This document shows, one piece after another, positions 57,879 to 64,000 of a stretch of DNA of 64,000 bases. This DNA comes from an uncultured delta proteobacterium (lineage in GTDB: Bacteria; Myxococcota_A; Polyangia; Fen-1088): contig CAWCMR010000013.1 in assembly GCA_963796685.1 (NCBI GenBank), positions 448,001 through 512,000 on the forward strand, written 5' to 3'. A program made the position numbers and the translations under genes. The notes beneath the pieces were generated by a model. It was given only the letters and a program-made list of their open reading frames with translations. It had not been told where the DNA came from and did not search any database. Every line of letters starts with the position of its first letter. The first letter of the stretch is position 1.

Positions 57879-59231
57879 TTACTTCAAGTTGGCGCCCAGG
57901 GCCTGCAGGATTTCCGCGAAGGTCGGGAAGGAGGTGGCGATGTCTTCGCTTGGGACCGTGGTTTCCTCGTCGGAGAGCAGGCCAAGCACGGCCCCGGCCA
58001 TGGCGATACGGTGGTCGCGCTCGGGCAGGACGCGCCCACCCTTGGGGGCGGCCAGCCCGCCAGTCCCCGTCACGCAGAACCCCGTGCTCGTCTGCTCGAC
58101 TTCGATCCCCGCCCGCAGAAGCTCGCGCGAGATGGAGGCTATGCGGTCCGATTCCTTCACGCGCAGCTCGCCCACGTCGGCAAACTCGGAGCGCCCCTGA
58201 GCGAGCGCGCAAGCCACGGCCAAGGCGGGGATTTCATCGATCGAGCGCAGGGCCAGCTCTCCCGCGATGCGCACCGCGCGCAGCGGGCCGGCCCAGCGCA
58301 GGCGCACGCGTCCCACCGGTTCGCCCATGGCCTCCGAGGACTGCGCCACTTCGATGTTCGCGCCCATCTCGCGCAAGACGTCCAACACGCCGGTGCGGGT
58401 CGGGTTGAGGCCGACGTGGTCCACGGTGACGTCGCTGCTGGGGACGATGGCGGCGGCCACCAGCAGGAAGGCCGCGGAGGAAAGATCGCCGGGTACCTCC
58501 ATGGCCGAGGCCGACAGGTCCCCATTCCACCCCGTGGGATCCACGACAATCCGGTGGCTTGTCGGCTCGGCGGTGATGGGTGCGCCGAGAAACCGCAACA
58601 TCCGTTCGGTGTGGTCGCGCGAGAGTCCGGGCTCCTCGATGCACGTCCTCCCTGTTGCTTGTAGCCCGGCCAGCACGAGCGCGCTCTTGAGTTGGGCGCT
58701 GGCAACGGGCAAGGCGTAGTCGATTCCGCGCAGGTTTCCACCCGCGATCGACAAGGGAGGAAGCAAGCGCTCGGGTCGTTCGGGGTCGGACTGTCCGTCG
58801 ACACGCGCCCCCATGAGGCGCAGCGGTTTGGCCACGCGCCCCATCGGGCGCCGCGACAGAGAGGGATCGCCGGTGAGCGTGGTCTCGAACGGCCGCCCGG
58901 CCAGAAGCCCGCAGAACAGCCGCATGGTGGTGCCCGAGTTGCCGCAGTCGAGCGCGGCCTTCGCTTCGTGCAGACCCGAAAAACCTCTCCCGTCGACCAA
59001 GGCGCTGGAACCGGACACGTGCACCGCGACCCCGAGAGCCCGCAAGGCCGAGGCCGTCGAGGCATTGTCGCCGCCCAAGCCCATGCCGCGAATCTCGACT
59101 GGCCCTCGGCAGAGCGCTCCGAAAAGCAGGGCACGGTGGGAGATGGACTTGTCGCCAGGTACGCTGCACACTCCGCGCAAAGCCGGGCTGTGCCCGACGC
59201 GCAGGATGCCTTGGGCCGTGCTGTCGGTCAT
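57879..59231 (-). CDS. aroA: 3-phosphoshikimate 1-carboxyvinyltransferase (EPSP synthase)
   Basis: PGDKSISHR, DCGNSGTT, SAQLKS, RDHTE, ELRVKESDR, DHRIAM. Confidence 0.97.
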   Translation of the reverse strand: MTDSTAQGILRVGHSPALRGVCSVPGDKSISHRALLFGALCRGPVEIRGMGLGGDNASTASALRALGVAVHVSGSSALVDGRGFSGLHEAKAALDCGNSGTTMRLFCGLLAGRPFETTLTGDPSLSRRPMGRVAKPLRLMGARVDGQSDPERPERLLPPLSIAGGNLRGIDYALPVASAQLKSALVLAGLQATGRTCIEEPGLSRDHTERMLRFLGAPITAEPTSHRIVVDPTGWNGDLSASAMEVPGDLSSAAFLLVAAAIVPSSDVTVDHVGLNPTRTGVLDVLREMGANIEVAQSSEAMGEPVGRVRLRWAGPLRAVRIAGELALRSIDEIPALAVACALAQGRSEFADVGELRVKESDRIASISRELLRAGIEVEQTSTGFCVTGTGGLAAPKGGRVLPERDHRIAMAGAVLGLLSDEETTVPSEDIATSFPTFAEILQALGANLK

Positions 59232-60235
59232 GGCTTCTTCTTCTCCTGGGCCTGGTTCTTGCGCATGGACGCCATGGTCGCTGCCACGATGGCCATCCTG
59301 TCCGAAATCTCCTCACGCTCTCGCTCGGAAATATGCAACGTCGCCTCCACGCCGGTCTCCTTGGCGGAAAAGCGCATCGAGTCGAGCACGCCGGCGAACC
59401 CGAACGCGGCCACGATGGGCCGGGTGCGGGCATCGCGGATGCGCTCGGTCATGCGTTCGGCCAAGTCCCGTGCCTGCAGCTCGGTGCGCACATTCCCGAT
59501 GGCGGTTACGTCGAGATCGTTGCCCAGATCGATGCGGGCGCCAAGCTCTTCCAGATTTTCGCCTTCGCCCATCTCGCGTTTCAGTTCCTCGCGGGTGGCC
59601 GGCTGCAAACGCACATAAAGCGCGGCCACCGGCGGGGCGGATCCCTTGTCGCGCGCGATCCGGGCGCGCAAGTGCAGGAACCAAGACTCGGAATCGATGG
59701 CCCGTGCGACGCCGATGTTGCAGTCGATGGCTGCGCGCACGGCGACGGTCAGACCCGAGATGACCGTGCGCTTGCTGAGGAAAGCCAGCGCCTCGTCACC
59801 GCGAATCAGCATGTCGGCTCCGCGGTACTCCGCTCTCTGCACGGGACCTCTGTCTCGGGCAAAGTCCTTGCCGATGCGTTCGCGGTCGAGCTTGCCCTGA
59901 GCCACGAGCACACTGGCGCCATCGCGCAGGAAGGGGACCTTGGCGAAGACCAAGCGATCGATGTCGCGGAACTCCCCGAGCGAAGCCTCGTTCGTCCCCG
60001 GATCCGAGGTCGCGACCTTGGCAAAGCTATCTCTCGTCCACGGCGAAGAACGCAGCTTGGCCAGATCCGCCCACAGCACGAGATCCGCCTCGGCCGGAAC
60101 CATGCCCCAAAGGTCGTCGTCATCGGGGGCCGGGCGGGGAATGTCCTGACCGCCCGAGGACGCCATCGTGGTTTCCCCGCACCCGATGAGGAGAAACAAG
60201 AGCGGCAAGGCCCCGACCAGCGACAATTGCTTCAT
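59228..60235 (-). CDS. Hypothetical lipoprotein between tyrA and aroA
   Basis: AAGGA RBS; MKQLSLVGALPLLFLLIGC lipobox; 4-bp overlaps with both neighbours. Confidence 0.72.
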   Translation of the reverse strand: MKQLSLVGALPLLFLLIGCGETTMASSGGQDIPRPAPDDDDLWGMVPAEADLVLWADLAKLRSSPWTRDSFAKVATSDPGTNEASLGEFRDIDRLVFAKVPFLRDGASVLVAQGKLDRERIGKDFARDRGPVQRAEYRGADMLIRGDEALAFLSKRTVISGLTVAVRAAIDCNIGVARAIDSESWFLHLRARIARDKGSAPPVAALYVRLQPATREELKREMGEGENLEELGARIDLGNDLDVTAIGNVRTELQARDLAERMTERIRDARTRPIVAAFGFAGVLDSMRFSAKETGVEATLHISEREREEISDRMAIVAATMASMRKNQAQEKKKP

Positions 60236-61110
60236 TCCTTGACCAGCTGCTTTCGGCACGCCTGGGCGGCGGCGAGGATTCGTTCGAGCGCTTCGCCATC
60301 GCCTGTGGCCACCGCGGATTCGATCTCCGCCACGCGCGTCTTCAGTTCCCGGATCAAGGGCAACACATGGGCGGCGTTGGCGAGCAAGATGTCTCGCCAC
60401 ACCGCGGGTCCCGAAGCGGCGATGCGCGTGGTGTCGCGTAGACTGGTCGTCGGGCTGGCTGCGGTGGTCGTGGCCTCGAGAAAGGACATGGCCGGCGCGA
60501 GAGCACCCGCCAGCGCATAGGCGGCGACGTGGGGCAAATGGCTCTGCGCCGCCATCAGGCGGTCGTGCGTCTCCGGCTCGATCGTCGCGGTCTGACAGCC
60601 AAGGCCGCGCCAGAAAGCGTTCGCGGCGGCGACCGCCGAGGCCTGGGCGTTGCCGCTCGGACAGACGAAGCAGACGCGGCCGGCAAAGATGTCGGCATCG
60701 GCGGCCTCTACCCCGGAAAACTCGGCCCCGGCCATGGGATGGCAACCGACGAAACGACCGGCGGGCAGGTCGGCCTCGGCCGCGGCAACGATGCCGACCT
60801 TGACGCTGCCCACATCGATGACCGTGGCATCAGGCAAGAGCGCCGGAGCCAGGCCCCGCATCAACTCGTGCATGCTGCGTACGGGCGCGGCCAGCAGCAC
60901 GAGGGCGGCCCCGGCCACGGCCTCCGCTGGGGTCGCCGCGGACGCGTCGAGGATGCCCATTGCCTTCGCGGTCTTGCCTACCTCGGGAGACGAATCGTAG
61001 CCGACAATCTCGCCTACCAGGCCCGCTCGACGCGCGGCCAGCCCGGCCGAGCCACCGATGTAGCCGACCCCGATCAGCGCGAGACGAGGAAAGCGAGCGA
61101 GCGTTTGCAA
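60232..61110 (-). CDS. tyrA: Prephenate/arogenate dehydrogenase
   Basis: IGVGYIGGS, DVGSVK, HPMAG.E, HD...SHLPH, DTTRIA. Confidence 0.93.
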   Translation of the reverse strand: MQTLARFPRLALIGVGYIGGSAGLAARRAGLVGEIVGYDSSPEVGKTAKAMGILDASAATPAEAVAGAALVLLAAPVRSMHELMRGLAPALLPDATVIDVGSVKVGIVAAAEADLPAGRFVGCHPMAGAEFSGVEAADADIFAGRVCFVCPSGNAQASAVAAANAFWRGLGCQTATIEPETHDRLMAAQSHLPHVAAYALAGALAPAMSFLEATTTAASPTTSLRDTTRIAASGPAVWRDILLANAAHVLPLIRELKTRVAEIESAVATGDGEALERILAAAQACRKQLVKE

Positions 61111-61170
61111 GACCGACCAAGACTATCAGGTTGCCCCCGCTGCCAACAACGCGGGCTTGCGGATTTCTTG

Positions 61171-61713
61171 CTACTCTACGTACAGACGGTGTTCGCGGAT
61201 GTAGTCGCGAACCGACTTGGGCAAGAGGCCGTCAACCGATCGGCCGGCAACCAGTCGCCGCCGCACCTCGGTGGAGCTGAGCGAAGGCATGGCGACGTCG
61301 GAGCCACCGACGAAGCCGCCTCGACCGACCACGATGCGCGGCACGGTGCGCACGAGCTCCTCGGCGCCGAACCAGGCGGGAAGCTCGGGTTCGATATCCG
61401 CGCCCACGACCAGGTGGAATTCGCAGTCGGGGCGTTCGCTGCGCAAGGCCTTGATGGTCACGAGGGTTCGGCTTTCGCCACCCAGGCGGCCCTCGATGTC
61501 GCTGGCACGGGCGCGTGGTCCCAGGGCGGCGGCGGCGAGCTCGCACATGCGCAGGCGATCGACGAACGGAGCAAGCGCCTTGTCGAACGGGTGCTTCCAG
61601 CACGGCACGAGCCACAGCTCGTCCACGGGCTCGGTTTCGAGCACATACAGCGCCACCAGCTGGTGAGCGACGTGCGGCGGGTTGAAGCTGCCGCCGAAAA
61701 AGGCCACACGCAT
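61171..61713 (-). CDS. nadD: Nicotinate-nucleotide adenylyltransferase
   Basis: FGGSFNPPHVAH, VVGAD, LSSTEVR, YIREHRLY. Confidence 0.94.
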   Translation of the reverse strand: MRVAFFGGSFNPPHVAHQLVALYVLETEPVDELWLVPCWKHPFDKALAPFVDRLRMCELAAAALGPRARASDIEGRLGGESRTLVTIKALRSERPDCEFHLVVGADIEPELPAWFGAEELVRTVPRIVVGRGGFVGGSDVAMPSLSSTEVRRRLVAGRSVDGLLPKSVRDYIREHRLYVE

Positions 61714-61795
61714 GCATCGACCATACAACAGGATCCGCCATCGATCGCTGGGGTATTGATTACACGTGAGTCAGGCCGAAAGTCGGGTTCTTCTT

Positions 61796-62992
61796 CTAAT
61801 ACGCCAGGGCCGCGCGGCGGCGCTGTGCGAAGGCCTCCTCGGCGGGTAGCCAGGTGGACCGCAGATCACCAAGACTGGCGCCGGCCTCGATGCCGTTGCG
61901 AATGGCGTCTCCCCCGGTGAGCAAATCGATGGCGAGACGATCGGAAACGAACTCGTATCTCTCCGTGCGCCAACGAAATGCCTCCCCCGCCAGAGCGTGC
62001 AGAGCGCGCAGGATCGCGACTCCGGTCAGGTAGGGTCGGAAGGTCATGCGGTCGTGGACGTGAAGCTGCACGCCGCCGCAAACCTGGCCGGCAAACTTAT
62101 GAAAGGTGGGGCGAAACGACAGGGGGCGAAAGCGAACGCCGGGCAGATTGTCGGCCGCGAGAAGATCGGCCAGGCGATAGCCGTCGACGAACGGGGCGCC
62201 GAGGATCTCGAAGGGACGTGTCGTGCCCCGGCCCTCCGAGATGTTGGTTCCCTCCAGCAAGCAGAGTCCGGGATAGACCAGCGCCGTGTCCAGCGTGGGC
62301 ATATTCGGGGAGGGGAGCACCCAGGGCAAGCCCGTCGCATCAAAGAGATCCTCGCGCTTCCATCCGCGCATCGCGACGACCTGCAGGTCGCAGTCGAGAG
62401 GTTTGGCAAAGCGCTCACCGCCCCAGGGAATTCCCGCTCGAACCAGGCGGGCGACCTCGCCGATGGTCAGGCCATGGCGGGCCGGCAGCGACCCCAGACC
62501 GACGAAGGATTCGGCCCAGGGCGAGACCTCGCCGCCCTCGATGGCCACGCCGCCGATGGGGTTGGGCCGATCGAGCACCATGACGGAGACGCCCGCGCGC
62601 ACGGCGCTTTGCAGGCACAGCGCCATGGTCCAGATGAAGGTGTAGTAGCGACTGCCGATGTCCTGCAGGTCGACGAGCAAGACATCGACACCCGCCAGCT
62701 CGGCCGCGCTCGGCGACAGGGACGCGAAGGAATCGCCGTAAAGGCTGGTCACCGGGATCCCGGTGCGCGGATCCCGATTTCCCTCTACGCCGATCATGTC
62801 CTGCGCCTCGCCACGAATCCCGTGCTCGGGGCCGAAAAGATGGACCGGTTGGACCTTCGCCGCGACCAGCGCATCGACGAGGTGAACCAGGCAGCGGCTC
62901 ACGCTGGCCGGGTGGCAAAGCACGGCCACGCGGCGTCCGCGCAGGCCGACCATTCCTTCTTCCAGCAGCACCTCCAGGCCGGTTTGGACCAT
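61796..62992 (-). CDS. namZ: Exo-beta-N-acetylmuramidase NamZ (DUF1343)
   Basis: FGPEHG, DLQDIGSRYYT, LDRPNP, PSPNMP, SEGRGTTRPFE. Confidence 0.92.
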   Translation of the reverse strand: MVQTGLEVLLEEGMVGLRGRRVAVLCHPASVSRCLVHLVDALVAAKVQPVHLFGPEHGIRGEAQDMIGVEGNRDPRTGIPVTSLYGDSFASLSPSAAELAGVDVLLVDLQDIGSRYYTFIWTMALCLQSAVRAGVSVMVLDRPNPIGGVAIEGGEVSPWAESFVGLGSLPARHGLTIGEVARLVRAGIPWGGERFAKPLDCDLQVVAMRGWKREDLFDATGLPWVLPSPNMPTLDTALVYPGLCLLEGTNISEGRGTTRPFEILGAPFVDGYRLADLLAADNLPGVRFRPLSFRPTFHKFAGQVCGGVQLHVHDRMTFRPYLTGVAILRALHALAGEAFRWRTERYEFVSDRLAIDLLTGGDAIRNGIEAGASLGDLRSTWLPAEEAFAQRRRAALAY

Positions 62993-63031
62993 CGCTCACC
63001 AAGCCTAGACGAACGGGCGGCCGGGGTCGAA

Positions 63032-64000
63032 TCAGGAGATCTTGACCGGCCGGAACGTGATCTGATTGTCCTGCTCGGTCAGCAAGAAGCGTACGATCTT
63101 GCACTCCCACTTCTCGCGCAGGCCGGCCTCGGTCAGACTGAGCTTGGCCATGAAGGCCAGCACGCTCATACCCTCGGTAGGCTGTCCAAGCTTTTGCAAG
63201 GTAGAGAGGTACTCGCCGAACAAGCGCGGGTAGTAGGCGGCTTCGCTCTCTTCGGCGAGCGCCTCCACCGTGGCGGCCGGGGCGCTGCCGTCGGTCTCGG
63301 CGATGACCATGGCCTCGGCCTTCCACTTCTGTTTGCCGCCGTCTTCCTCTTCCTCGACGGCTTCTTCGTTCGGCTCTTCGCGGCCGAGCAGGCGCGCGAG
63401 CATGACGTTCAGACTGTTGGACAGGCCTTCGAAATCCTGTCCCACGGGTTTGAAGGTGTAGTCGATGTTGCCGTTGATGACTTCGGCGACACCGAGCTCG
63501 ATCTCATCGAGAGGTGCCATGAATCGGCGCGCGGTCAGGCCCGCGGCGATGATGGCGATGACGATGGCCAGCAGGCCCAACCACACGATCTTCATGCCGG
63601 CGGCGTTGATGTCGGCCATGCCCTCGGAGAGCGCGGCCAGCACCACGAATCCACTGGTCTTGTCGGCGAAATTTCCCGGCATCGGCGCGGCCACGGCGGC
63701 GAACTCGCGCCCCTCGATATCCCAGGTCATCATTCTCGTGGGCGTCCCCTTTTGCAGCGCGGTGTCGGCCGCCTTCTCGCCCGTGAAGAGCAGGTTGCTG
63801 AGCGTCTGCGACTTGGCGATATCTTCCCTCGACTTGTCCACGGTGGACACGAAGCTGGACGCATAGACCTTGCCGGCGTGGAAGAATCCGATCTCGGTGT
63901 CGAGTAGATCGCGGGCGGCTTGGGCGGTCGTCGCGCTGACCACCCACCCGAACAGCAGCGCACCTACCACCGTGTTGTCCGCCTTGACGATGGGCGCGAC
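63032..64000 (-). CDS. Membrane protein with HAMP and MXAN_5187-like C-terminal domain (5'-truncated)
   Basis: Frame is open to the window edge; Cache-like region, TM, HAMP (PLDEI...LSNSLNVML); C-terminus LFGEYL...GQPTEGMS...F.AKL...CKIVRF. Confidence 0.75.
   Translation of the reverse strand, partial: VAPIVKADNTVVGALLFGWVVSATTAQAARDLLDTEIGFFHAGKVYASSFVSTVDKSREDIAKSQTLSNLLFTGEKAADTALQKGTPTRMMTWDIEGREFAAVAAPMPGNFADKTSGFVVLAALSEGMADINAAGMKIVWLGLLAIVIAIIAAGLTARRFMAPLDEIELGVAEVINGNIDYTFKPVGQDFEGLSNSLNVMLARLLGREEPNEEAVEEEEDGGKQKWKAEAMVIAETDGSAPAATVEALAEESEAAYYPRLFGEYLSTLQKLGQPTEGMSVLAFMAKLSLTEAGLREKWECKIVRFLLTEQDNQITFRPVKIS

Overview
High-GC bacterial DNA whose gene content points to Myxococcota: bacNOP bactofilins, an ftsB + TM-GAF-GAF-GGDEF (DmxA-like) pair, an AgmX-like lipoprotein, an MXAN_5187-type protein, Hanks kinases and many Cys-rich lipoproteins. 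About 55 CDSs are supported; no rRNA, tRNA, CRISPR array or transposase was recognised. Housekeeping blocks (xth, rpiB fusion, mgtA, purF, udg, coaBC, prkA, mlaC, aroA, tyrA, nadD, namZ) flank an accessory region at about 18-37 kb. That region holds kinase/TPR-anchor/lipoprotein modules and an orphan, C-terminally extended vgrG coupled to a membrane protein and an LpxH-like metallophosphoesterase, the best candidate for an undescribed T6SS effector-immunity system. Other notable items are a 78-bp palindromic element found both intergenically and in-frame inside coaBC, a cytochrome c / beta-barrel / Tat-Rieske operon, an RpiB fused to an apparently inactive PGI domain, and extended -10 boxes 6-10 nt before many start codons. 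About ten genes carry single-base frameshifts that look like long-read assembly errors. All calls come from motif recognition by eye; no database searches were run.
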